A DNA stretch of 64,000 nucleotides from Squalus acanthias (taxonomy: Eukaryota). Each line of letters opens with the position of its first letter. The stretch's first letter is position 1. Position numbers and translations under genes: made by a program. The stretch is taken from NCBI GenBank assembly GCA_030390025.1, contig CM059438.1, forward strand, positions 63,428,001 through 63,492,000, given 5' to 3'. Below, piece after piece: positions 50,472 to 61,786 of the stretch. The notes below the pieces were generated by a model that was not told the origin of the DNA, made no database searches, and was given only the letters and a program-made list of their open reading frames with translations.

Positions 50472-51310
50472 GGGCTGGATTTTGAAGTTGGAGTCGTGTT
50501 GGGGTCGTGAATCACACATTCTGGCTTGTGAACCCGCCTCCATCGAGATGTGGCCAACCCACTGTATTTTCCCTTGATTGACCTTGTTGAGCCCGCCCAG
50601 TGGGCTCAGCAGGCCAATTAAGGGCCACCCGGCAACAGGTGACGTCACAGACTGACATTTCATCTGTCAAGAGCTTTTGACAGATGAAATATCAGCGTTT
50701 GACAGCTCTGTGAAGCTGTCAAACACTCACAATATGATTTCTAACTTGAGTCCTTCCTCTCAGGCTGAGTTAGAAATCATTCCAGCACAGAAAACAGAAG
50801 GCTGCAGGTTTTGACAGAACCACGGCTTTCCTGCTTTCTGTGCCGGTGAGATTTCTAACTCCCGAGAACTGAAGGGCTGACTCCTGCAGGAGGAAGTTAA
50901 GGTAAGTAAAACTTTTTCCAACACTTAGCACTTACCTTACACACTTACCTCTGCACACATGCACCCATCACTCACCTGCCCACCGGACATATCGACCCCT
51001 CCAACCCCTGCAGACCCACGGCCCGCCCCGATAACTTGGCGTGGTTGCCACCTGTCGGGAAGCCCACAGTTTTCTTTTTAAAATAGGGATTATGCAAAAA
51101 ACTGCCTGTTAACTACCTGTTAACAGGCAGTTAATTGTCACTAATCCCTTCCCGCCTCGGGGAGTCGGGTCTCAGACCAGGTCGGGTACCCGCCGCCAGC
51201 GAAACTGGCATGGAGGCGGGTTGGAGTCGGGATGGGGTCGGGACCCCCGAATCTGCAACTTTAACCCCCGCCTCCAAACCCGACTCCACGGGTCATTGAA
51301 AATCCAGCCC
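50472..51310. mobile_element. Harbinger-type MITE (GGGCTGGATTTT family)
   Basis: TIRs GGGCTGGATTTT/AAAATCCAGCCC flanked by AT/AT. Confidence 0.82.
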
Positions 51311-51784
51311 ATGTCTCACTTCCCCTTTCCAATGTCTTGGTTTTTTGAAATTCCTCAGTACCGAACCTCTGTTTGGTATGACCTTTGTATAGTGTGACCC
51401 ACTCTACATTCCTTTCCTGTATTCCAAAATCTAATAGGCTGTTCACCCATCAGCTGGGACTTGGGTGAATGTATTGAGCAGCAGTAGACCTTTGGACCTC
51501 CTACTTGTTGTCTTGCCTTCTTTGTCCTTGCGGATGTCTTGACTTGTCACTCCTACAACGGAGGCTTCTATCGCCTAATCAAACCAGTTCTGAAGAATGG
51601 TTGCATCGGAAACATTAACCTGTTTTTGTCTTTCAGATGCTGACTAGCCTGTTGTGCAATTCTGATCTTTTCTGGTTTTATTTTGGTTTATGCATTTAGT
51701 TTTTGTTTTCATCTCTGACATTTTCATGCTGCATTTTATAGTATATTACAGTATAGTATGTTACTTAAGCAAAGTGACTTAAAG

Positions 51785-52230
51785 GGGACTTTAGTTATGT
51801 GGAGAGACTAGCGAAGCTGGCATTGTTCTCCTTAGAGCAGAGAAGGTTAAGGCGAGATTTAATCGAGGTGTTCAAAATTATGAGGGGTATTGATATAGTA
51901 GATAGGGAGAAACTGTTTCCACTAGCAGGATTGTCATTAACCAGAGGACACAGATTTAAGATAATTGTCAAAGGAACCAGGCAAGAGATGAGAAGAATTA
52001 TTTTTTAACGCAGCGAGTTATTATGATCTGGAAAGCGCTGCCTGGAAGGGTGGTGGAGGCAGATTCAATAGTAACTTTCAAAAAGGAATTGGAAATATAC
52101 TTGAAAAGGAAAAATTTGCAGGGCTATGAAGAAAGTGCAGGGTGGAGTGGGACTAATTGGAGAGCTCTTTCAAACAGCCGGCACAGGCACGATGGGCCGA
52201 ATGGCCTCCTTCTGTGCTGTGTCATTCTAT
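51785..52230 (+). mobile_element. CR1 LINE 3' fragment
   Basis: LFSLEQRRLRRDLIEVFKI...IWKALPGRVVEADS and the tail. Confidence 0.85.
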
Positions 52231-52344
52231 AAACATAGCTCCTGAGACCTTTAGTGGAATAAGTGGTTTAATCTGAAAATTGCAGACACTTTGAATACCT
52301 AGCCCCAGTTTTTAATTCAGTTTCTGGTTTTGCTTTGTTTACAG

Positions 52345-52588
52345 ATGTCTTTATTCCCCTGCCCGGATGAGCCAGCCGACTGCTTCGCCTACAACCAAAG
52401 AAGTTTCGGAATTAACTGAACGGCTCAGGAGGTTCAGAACCCAACCAGGGATTCATAAAGAACAGTCTCCTGGCAAAACACCTAAAGCTCAGCAAACCCT
52501 AAGCAAAGGCAATCTAAAAGGAACCCATAAGCAGTGTGACAGCGATGTAGTGTCCAAAACTGTTGCACGACACAAGAAAAGGCCTTGA
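52345..52588 (+). CDS. Host ARM/FN3 gene, probable terminal coding exon
   Basis: Strong acceptor tttgtttacag| in phase 2. Encodes KCLYSPARMSQPTASPTTKEV...ARHKKRP and stop TGA. Summed exon length keeps the frame. Confidence 0.72.
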
Positions 52589-52868
52589 TTGCAACACTTT
52601 TAGAAGTAATTTTGAGATACGGAATTACTGTCAAAATCCACACACATTTATTTCATGCAGCATCTGTAATCGGACGGTTGTATTAGCAAAGGTACATATA
52701 AGTACAGCAGAAGCAGAATGAGGGTGGTGGCTTATCACCATCTTCTCAAGGGCAATTATAGACGGGCAATAATTGCTGTCCGTGCCAGCGACGCCCACAT
52801 CCCGTGAATGAATAAATAACGTGCAGGATCTTTCTGAAGGGTCCTTTGTTGCTTGCAATGCGCTCTAT

Positions 52869-53625
52869 GGGCTGGATTTTGAATGACCCATGGAGTCAGG
52901 TTTGGAGGCGTGTGGGGGGTTAAATTTGCGGGGTCGGGGGTCCCGACCCCATCCCGACTCCATCCCGCCTCCACGCAATTTTGACAAAATCGGCCGTGGG
53001 GTTCCTGACTCCGTCCCGCCTCCAAGAGGCGGGAGAGGCCATTAAAGCCCTTAACAAGCCCTAAATTGGCTCTGTAATGCCATTTTGAAATGTTTTAGCT
53101 AGTTTAACCCTTTTCCGACGTGAAGTATGCCTGGTGTGAAACACTCCAGTGAAACCTGGCGGGAGCACAAGTTGATAGCTGACTATCAGCTGCAGGTCCA
53201 CTATTACAACGGAGATGTGATAAAGGTAGTATTAGGTATGAAAGTCGCCTCTGATGCTGATGCATTGAATGTCTTCAGAGACTGTATAGACTTTGCTCTG
53301 AGAGGACTTGGATGCAAAAAAATCTCTCTCTCTCTCTCTCTCTGATATATATATATCCAGGTCCACACACAGGAAAAGCCAGACAGGTCCTCTCTCAGCA
53401 ACAGCCAGGCAGTCTCTGAAAGCAGATAGTCAGCAATGATGACATCATCAGAGGCGACTTTCAGACTGAAACCACTAATTAGTTCATGGGTTCCCACATG
53501 CTGGAACTCAATTGCCCAATTAAGTGAAAATTGCATCATTCATCCACATTATTCTGGAGTCGGGGGGGGAAACACGAAATGCGGATCACACGACCCCAAC
53601 CCGACCCCAAGACAAAATCCAGCCC
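52869..53625. mobile_element. Harbinger-type MITE, inverted relative to 8259-8966
   Basis: Same TIRs, TAT flanks and near-identical terminal segments. Confidence 0.85.
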
Positions 53626-55452
53626 TATTTGTTGTCTATGTAGAAATACTGCTGAGCAGCAGGCCCTAGCTGTGTATGTAGCAGTGAGCTCGGTTGTGAT
53701 AAATAGACACTGATCTTAGAACAGTAGCTGGATTTTTACATGACGATGACTCTAATGTCTTGGGGTCAGAATTGACTCTCCTGTCAGTTACTTCTCCCTG
53801 TCTTAAAGGAAAATTATATGGCGCGTGTGATCAAGACGTTAGCGTTCTAGGTTTTCAGCAAGGTGGTCCCTGGTTCAAGGCACCTCACTGCTTGCCTACC
53901 TACTTGCCCAACGGGGTATCCACGTTGCTGGGAAGCCAACAGATTCCATGCAGAAAGACTTGCCTCACCCTCAGGAATAGGCTTCTTCCCCTATGGGCCA
54001 GCCTTTCTAGGGTTGGCTTTGGCCAACCTTGATCTCAAAGGGGAAGAAGAAGGTGGAAATACAACGCATGGCTGAGGTTGTCCACAAGATGGGACAAAAA
54101 CCAAACTTGCTGAGTTTAATGGCCCCTCTATTCTACCACAATGCTATATCGAAGGAGACCCATTGCCAGGAAGCCAATACATTGACAGTGTTCAGTAATG
54201 TGAAGAACTTTGTGCAAATACCTGTTTCTTGCGAAATCAACTCGACTTTGATGAATCCAGATCAGCGAAAGTATTCTCAGTTCATGCAGCCATTTTACTT
54301 TACAATCTACCCTGATGTGAGAGAGGAGAGGAGGGTCTTATCCCTGTTTGGCCAACACAGGGATGAGGACCAGGTTTTCAGGAACCACTCCTTCCAGTCT
54401 CTGTGATTGCAGCTGTGAAGAGGACTTGCTTACAGGCACTAAGAGCACTAAACAATATGATGTTGAACAGAGTTCCCAAGCAAAAGAGCAATCAGTGACC
54501 ACATAGAAAGGGCTTGGCTATCAACCAGTATTGGTGGTGTTGCAAGCAAATGAATGCAAGATTGGAAGCTATTATAACTTTTTGTTCAATGTCATGTTTT
54601 CTGTAATTTGGTGCAGCCTGTACACATTTTATAAAACATTTTAATTAAAAAAAAAAATGCCTTAAACCTATTGTGATATTATTTACAGTTGTGGTTTAGG
54701 TGGCCGGTGAAAGGGCTTACCATGGCTGAAAGAGAATAGTTGCAATAGGGATGGTCTGGTGCCATTGGGGATTGGTGTGTCAACGGGCTGTGCCACTCAA
54801 TGGTAAGACACAGGTTCCTACTCCCTATTCTCCAAACGGTGAGTGTTCCATTTTGACGGATTGTCGGGACGAGGCACTGATGTGGAAGGAAGCTGCGTTC
54901 CCATGGGAAGGGAAGGAAAAGAGTGTGGATCAAACCAAGAAAATCGCAGACCTTCTGGTGACTGGCTCAAGAACAGCATTGGCACAAGATTAGAAGTATG
55001 CTGCTTACCTACCTTCTTGACAGAGGTGTATGGCATGGGGGGTATGGAAGGAAAGAGAAAAAGAAATAGAAAATTTGAGTGTAATTAAGCTAAAGAAAAG
55101 TGTAATACTTGGAATAATGATGAAGTTTGATTTCATATTTATGCAGGAAGGCTTCAGTAAGATCTGTGACATAGTCGAGTGAGATGTCATCTGATTGCAA
55201 TGAGTCCCTCTCATCTGAGGTCTGTAATAAAAAAACTTGGACTACTTTTTTAATATGAACTGGTCCTGTTAAAAAATGGAAAATATTGTTTACAAATTGA
55301 GTGCAGAAGACTAGTCTGTTCTTAACACACAACTGCGTCATGCCATTCAGCAATTTCCGACTGCCCAAGACACATACAATAATTTGTGATGTAGGGGTCG
55401 GTAGAGACCATTAGCTAATAGCAAAATTGGGCTTCTCTTTGGTCCTGGTTTG

Positions 55453-55780
55453 CTCTACAGGCCTCTCCCTACTCATAGCTCACTCTACAGGGCCTCTCCC
55501 TGCTCATCGCTCACTCTACAGGGCCTCTCCCTGCTCATCGCTCACTCTACAGGGCCTCTCCCTGCTCATCGCTCACTCTACAGGATCTCTCCCTGCTCGT
55601 AGCTCACTCTAAAGGTCCTCTTCCTGCTCATAGCTCACTCTAAAGGGCCTCTTCCTGCTCATAGCTCACTCTAAAGGGCCTCTTCCTGCTCATAGCTCAC
55701 TCTGCAGGGCCTCTGCCTGCTCATAGCTCACTCTACAGGCCTCTCCCTTCTTGTAGCTCACTCTGCAGGCCTATCTCTGC
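55453..55780. repeat. Minisatellite, ~31-bp unit GCTCACTCTACAGGGCCTCTCCCTGCTCATC, about 10 copies
   Basis: Direct tandem repeats. Confidence 0.92.
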
Positions 55781-56604
55781 TCCCAGTTTTATAAACTTAT
55801 TTCTTATTGTCTCCCTATAATAGTTAGGTTTTCACGATTAGAGGAATAGTTTCCTTCTCCTATTCCTATACATCAATCTCAAAAAACATTGACCAACAGT
55901 TTCAATAAGAGCTAATGATGCAAATACATCCCTGAATATAGGCCTACAATATATGAAAACAAAATACGCACGCTGAAAGTGCAGTGGGACTTAGCTTGTC
56001 TTAAATTCAGGATTACCAAACATTCCATCAAAAAAAGTGAACCAGAAGTCCATGAAAGTGCATTTCAGAATGGAGGGATTCAGACATTTCTCAAATGTGC
56101 TAAAATTGTATGGTTTGCTTCTGAATAATTCTGAAATGCTTTAGACTTTCAAGCTCCATGCAACCTTGACACGGATCCAAAGACAATGGTTAGTGTGCGC
56201 GGGACTCGCTGAATCGAAACAGCCTGGAAAATCCAGAAAGGAGCAGCAGATTGTGCAGCAGCTTTACAGACAAGGTAGCCTTTATTTCTCAGCCAGGCTG
56301 ATTTATCAGCTGTGTCTCTTTTGTAGATTTGAAGCAGTTTTGTCCAGATTTTCGTATGATTGTACGATTTCTCTCTCTTCACTTCTTCTGTCTCCTGCAG
56401 CTATTATCTTTTTCCTCCTTTTCACGTCTCCGAGGGTTTAATGCCATCCGTGGTTGGAGCCATTGTCTGTACTGCTCATGAGCGAGTACTGGGAGGTGAA
56501 CGAGAGCAATCTGTAAATACTCTCCTTCAGATATTCTCCTCAATTCCCTAAACAAAACACCTGCTGGATTGATATCCATTGAGAAGGGGGTTTGAAGATT
56601 ACAA

Positions 56605-57015
56605 AGAAGAAAGAAAGTGCTTACATTTAGACAGCGCCTTTCATGACCTCAGAACGTCCCAAACTGCTTTATAGCAAAAGAAAGTACTTTTGAAGTGTAG
56701 TCACTCTTGGAAACATGGCAGCCAATTTGCGCATAGCAAGGTCCCACAAACAGCAATGAGTTAATGATGAGATAATCTGTTTCAGTTATGTCAGTTGAGG
56801 GATATAACTATTGGACAGGACTATGGGGAGAACTCCGCAGACGGGGCCTCGGTTTAGGATCTCATCCAAAAGACAACACCACCAATAGTGCAGCACTCTG
56901 CACTGGAGTCTTTTTTGCATAGATTTTGTGCTAAAGTCTCTAGAGTGGGGACGTGAACCCACGACCTTCTGATTTCAAAAGGTGAGAATACTACCACTGA
57001 ACCACAGCTGACACA
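56605..57015 (-). mobile_element. Degenerate DeuSINE
   Basis: Reverse complement has the tRNA-like head near 57013 and the tail near 56610. Confidence 0.7.
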
Positions 57016-57569
57016 GCTTAACTAAAGGGCTTCTAAAATTTAAAGAGGCCAGGTTGGATTTCCAGGTCTTTTTCTTGCTACAGATAACAGTACAAGAAGC
57101 ATACTGCACCCGAACGCCACTGCAGTATATATAGAGTGTTGAACATCAAAGGATTGATGAAGCTGCTGTATTAAATTACCAGTCACCTCCATCTAAATGG
57201 GCTCCATTATAGGACTCAATTAGCTGTGAGAAAGGAACTCATGCAGCTTTGATACTGTTCTTTTGATTGCTGCTTCACCTGGCACCTGTGACCGGGAGTT
57301 AAATAAGGCCTTCGACAATGTTAAGTCTAAATGGGAAGCTTTGAATTTCAGTCGGTCGATTATGTGCTCAAGTCTCTGGAGTGGGGCTTGAATGCACGAC
57401 CTGTCTGACTCAGAGACATGACTGCTACCACGAAGCCAAGGCTAACATTTTAAACATATTGATGGGGCGGTTTGGTATTTTGAGGGGAAATAGGGTTGAT
57501 GGGGAGAAGCCCAAGATAGAATAATCATAATAACCTCGGCCCCTACCATTTATAGCCCCCCTTTTGGTT

Positions 57570-57905
57570 TGTGCCTTTTCCCTTTTTTCTCTCTCTCTCC
57601 CACATGGCAGCTGTCTTTCATTCTGCCAGCGCATTTCACACTTCTAGAGCCATCTTTTGTTTCTTAACCTGTCCTATTACCATCTCGTCTCGCCTTGTGT
57701 ATCTCTTAATGTCTCTACGTCTCACAGACATTCCCTTCTGTTCTTTTATTCCCTCCCCCAGCCTCCAAACTTGCTTTTTCATCTGTTTCATTTCCTGCTT
57801 TTTTCTCCATTCTGACGAAGGGTCTTCGACCTGAAACGTTAACTCTGTTTCTCTCTCCGCGGATGTTGCCTGGCCTGCTGAGTTTTTCCAGTGCTTTCTG
57901 TTGTT
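57570..57905 (+). mobile_element. PLE-like family 2 fragment with hammerhead motif (57808-57844)
   Basis: CUGACGA-A-GGGUC-uuc-GACCU-GAAA-CGU-U-AACU. Body is homologous to the reverse complement of 47330-47550. Confidence 0.72.
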
Positions 57906-58454
57906 ATTATAGAATAACCATATATGTACTCTGGGTGGAGTAGACTTCATGGGCTGGATTGCCTTTCCTTGCTCTAGACTTTCTCAGGTTTGATTCCCGG
58001 TCTTCGCTGAGTCAGCTGATCATGGTGCAGCAGCATCAGGGCTGGTACAATTTACTGCAATGGCCCAAATTAAGGAAGTGTTTCTCTTCTTGATTGCAAC
58101 ACAGCGACTCCTGCTGGTAGCAAGTGTGTGTCCATATTGGATGGCGATAAAAGTGGCTTTGCCTGAAATGGCACCTGCTGTCAAATAGTCTGCTGACACT
58201 CGTCAAGGCTAACATATGAATAATGGCCAGTTAATGCGTTGCTGGAGGGACAGTCATCGGCTGTGGAACTGAACCCCAGTACGGGAGTCACTAACTTCGG
58301 GAGAGGAGAAAAAAACAGCAGGGAGAAAGAAAATTTACTTCAAAAATGTTTGGCAATTCTCCTTTTTTCTCCTTTCTTAGGTTTATCACACTGTAGGCCG
58401 AAGGGCAAAGTTAATGAACAGGACGATCGTATTTTCAGGGCCACGATAGCAGCT

Positions 58455-58755
58455 GAGGGGGTAGAAGTTATGCTACAGCTATACAAAGCCCTGGTTAGAC
58501 CACACCCGGAATACTTTGAGCAGTTCTGGGCACCACACCTCAGCAAGGATATATTGGCCTTGGAGGGAGTGCAGCATAGATTTACCAGAATGATATCTGG
58601 ACTCCAAGTGTTAAATTATGAGGAGAGATTACACAAACTTCCTGAAAATTAGAAGGTCAAGGGGTGATTTGATTGAAGGTTTCAAGCTATTAAGGGGAAC
58701 TGATAGTGTAGATAGAGAGAAACTATTTCCGCTGGTTGGGGAGTCTAGGACTAAA
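58455..58755 (+). mobile_element. CR1 LINE fragment
   Basis: EVMLQLYKALVRPHPEYFEQFWAPHL...ALEGVQHRFTRMI. Confidence 0.8.
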
Positions 58756-58777
58756 AAATTTAGCTTGGCCTTTATAA

Positions 58778-59645
58778 GATAACATAAGAAATAAGAGCAG
58801 GAGTCGGCCATGTGGCCCCTCGAGCCTGCTCCGCCATTCAATAAGATCATGGCTGATCATCGACCTCAACTCCACTTTCCCGCCCGATCTCCATATCCCT
58901 TGATTCCCCGAGAGTCCAAAAATCTATCTATCTCAGCCTTGAATATACTCAAAGACTCAGCATTCACAGCCTCTGGGGCAGAGAATTACAAAGATTCACA
59001 ACCCTCTGAGTGAAGAAATTCCTCCTCATCTCAGTCTTAAATGGCCGACCCCTTATCCTGAGACTATGACCCCTGGTTCTAGACACTCCAGCCAGGGGAA
59101 ACAACCTCTCAGCATCTACCCTGTCAATCCCCTTCAGAATCTTGTATGTTTCAATGGGATCACCTCTCATTCTTCTAAACTCCAGAGAGTATAGGCCCAT
59201 TCTACACAATCTCTCATCATAGGACAGCCTTCTCACCCCAGGAATCAATCTAGTGAACCTTTGTTGCACTGCCTCCAAGGCAAGTATATCCTTCCTTAGA
59301 TAAGGAGACCAAAACTGTGCACAGTACTCCAGGTGTGGTCTCACCAAAGCCCTGTACAATTGTAGCAAGACTTCCTTACTCTTATACACCATCCCCTTGC
59401 AATAAAGGCCAACATGTCATTTGCCTTTCTTATTGCTTGCTGTACCTGCATGCTAGCTTTCTGTTTTTCTTGCACGAGGACACCCAAATCTCTCTGAACA
59501 CCAACATTTGAAAGTTTCTCACCATTTAAAAAATATTCTGTTTTTCTATTCTTCCTACCAAAGTGAATATTTTCCTACATTATACTCCATCTACCACCTT
59601 ACTGCCCACTCACTTAGTCTATCTATATCCCTTTGCAGACTCTCT
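58778..59645 (-). mobile_element. CR1 LINE 3' portion, interrupted at 59646 by a Harbinger element
   Basis: LQRDIDRLSEWA, LVRPHLEYCAQFWSP...FFTQRVVNL and the tail at ~58780. Confidence 0.9.
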
Positions 59646-61786
59646 GGGCTCGATTTTGCCAGGCCCGAGGAGGCGGGATTGGAGGCATGTGAGGTGGTAA
59701 AATCGCAAAAAATGGCGGGCGGGCCCGATCCCACCTCTGAGCAATTTTCCCAAATGCGTGTTTTCTGACCCCGTTTCCATCCCGCCTCCAAGAGGCGGGA
59801 TAGGCCCTTAAGGCCTCTATAATCCCATTTTGAGAGGCCTTTCTGATTTTACCACTTTTCCCACGTCCTGCACGTCTCCTCTGGAACACGCCAGTGAATC
59901 CTGGCGGCCTCACAAGTGGACTGCTTACTAACAGCTGCAGCTCCACCATTAAAAAGGAGTTTTCAGCAATCATCATTTGCAGGTGGCAGAACTTTGTTGT
60001 CTTAGGTCTGGGGGAACTTTTAGCAGGCATACCCATTGTTGTGGAAGTTTGGAGCCTGACACCCATCTCCAGTGTGACCTCCTGGGAAACCCCTCTCGCC
60101 ACCTTGACTGAGCGCTTCCTCAACTGAGGCATATACCAGAAGCATGGGAACCATTTATTTCCTTTCCTCCTGGACATCAGATTTGGGCGAAGACCAGCCA
60201 CGGCAGCAGCAGAACCCTGAACAACAGCACCAGCAACAGCAGCAGCAACAACAGGAGCGCCAAGCTGCTGCTCACCCACCTGAAGCTGCACAGGCCAGAA
60301 GGCGCCAGCGCGCGACCACATTGCTGCCCGGGATGCAAGGGACGCACTCATCTTGGACAAATTTGCTTAGCCTGCACAATCAAACACTTTTGCCTCGCAC
60401 CTTCTTATCAGACCATCGACAATGGCCAAGAACCTGCGGATTCTTATCACTCTGACCACCATACTGACAATTGCAAGTCGCCCTAAGCCCTCAATGTGGA
60501 AGTCCCATTAGCGAAATGACACACGCCACAACTGCAACAGTTTGCCATCAGAATTTTTTATGACAATAAGCAACTGATGGCTTTTCAAAATTAAACACAA
60601 CATTACACCCAAGTGACTACCCTTGTGACTACTTGTGCATTATCTTCCTCTTACGCATGCTCCTACGTAGTGCTTCCCCTGTGGCTTCAGCGGATGTGGA
60701 GGCCCCTTGCTCACTTTCTTGCTGCTCCTGTCTCGACACCTTTGGCGGGCGTCCTCTGGGGTTGTGAGCCTGTGAGGGCTCGGCAACAGTCTGCTGCTCC
60801 TGCGGCTGTGCAGGGGTTGAGACGCCGATCTCAGTTGGGTGGGGACTCTGGTGGGGCTCTGACCAAGGGCTCTGCAGTGGCATGGTCGTGTGAGTGCTTG
60901 GAGAGGAGCCCCCACTTCCTTCTTGTATGCCACCAACATCCCTCTCATGGGTCAGCCCCACTTCAGAGCTAGCAAGTGGCTGGACAGCACCTTGCTGCAC
61001 TGCAGGGGGGCCATGAGGATCCGTTTCTGCACTGGAAGTCCTACTCCAGAGGACTTGCATGAAGGTCTGGTTTGTTTGCTCAATAGCTGACCATCGCTCC
61101 TCAAGAGAGGTCAGTCTATTCTGAACAATTACCATGTTTTCCATACCCTGGCGACTAAGCTCCTCCGTGGACGTAGCCATCCTCTCCTCTACCGTAGCCA
61201 TCCTCTCCTCTACGGTAGCCATCCTTTCCAAGGAGGTTGCCATCCTTTCCGTGGTGATGCGTTCATGCGCCAACGCCTCCACAAAGGCTCTGCTCATGTT
61301 AGCGATAGACTCCTCCATTCACTCCACACTCACAGCGAACCTGGAGACAAAACCTGCCTGAGACTCCTGCACCTGTTCCTGGAGTTCCAGAACCGCTCTC
61401 CTTCTGGATGGACCCGGAGGCACAGGGTTGACATGCAGCGGAGCCGAACTGGGAGCGTCTTCTCCACTGCGACGAGGACTCTCCACTGCTGTCCCTGTCT
61501 CCACCATCTGCTGATGCTCACTTGTGAGCTGTGATACACCAGGTGACAACTCTACTCTATGTCCTGAAGGTCCCACCGAGGTGTGAGTGTCTGCGCTGGT
61601 GCAGGGTGCACTTAATTCTGCTGACGGAGCACCCTCAGAGGTTGCAGCTTCCTCTGAGGAGTCTGGAAGCTCAGGCTCTTCCTCCTGGACAGTGGGGACG
61701 GGGGCTCTCGATGGTCCTGTGGGGGAGTAAAGGAAAGAGTTAGAGATGTGAGGTAAAGGTTGCATGCACATTGAATTGTGCAGATG
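59646..61786. mobile_element. Harbinger-type element (left part) with deleted transposase and Myb-gene last exon, interrupted by CR1
   Basis: Terminal GGGCTCGATTTT. Q-rich ORF at 60144. Minus-strand exon 61716-60629 has the same phase-1 acceptor and architecture as exon 3 of the Myb gene at 1-443. Confidence 0.72.
60629..61716 (-). pseudogene. Harbinger Myb-protein terminal exon with one in-frame stop
   Basis: Acceptor tactcccccacag|. Reads ...FAVSVE*MEESIANMSRAF...ERMATxxx heptads...LRRSMRKRKIMHK*. The stop is at 61319-61321. Confidence 0.65.

Noticed and set aside
31260..55780. CRISPR-like arrays among the 20, 27 and 31 bp repeats
   Set aside because: The units are contiguous with no unique spacers, there are no cas genes, and the context is a vertebrate genome.
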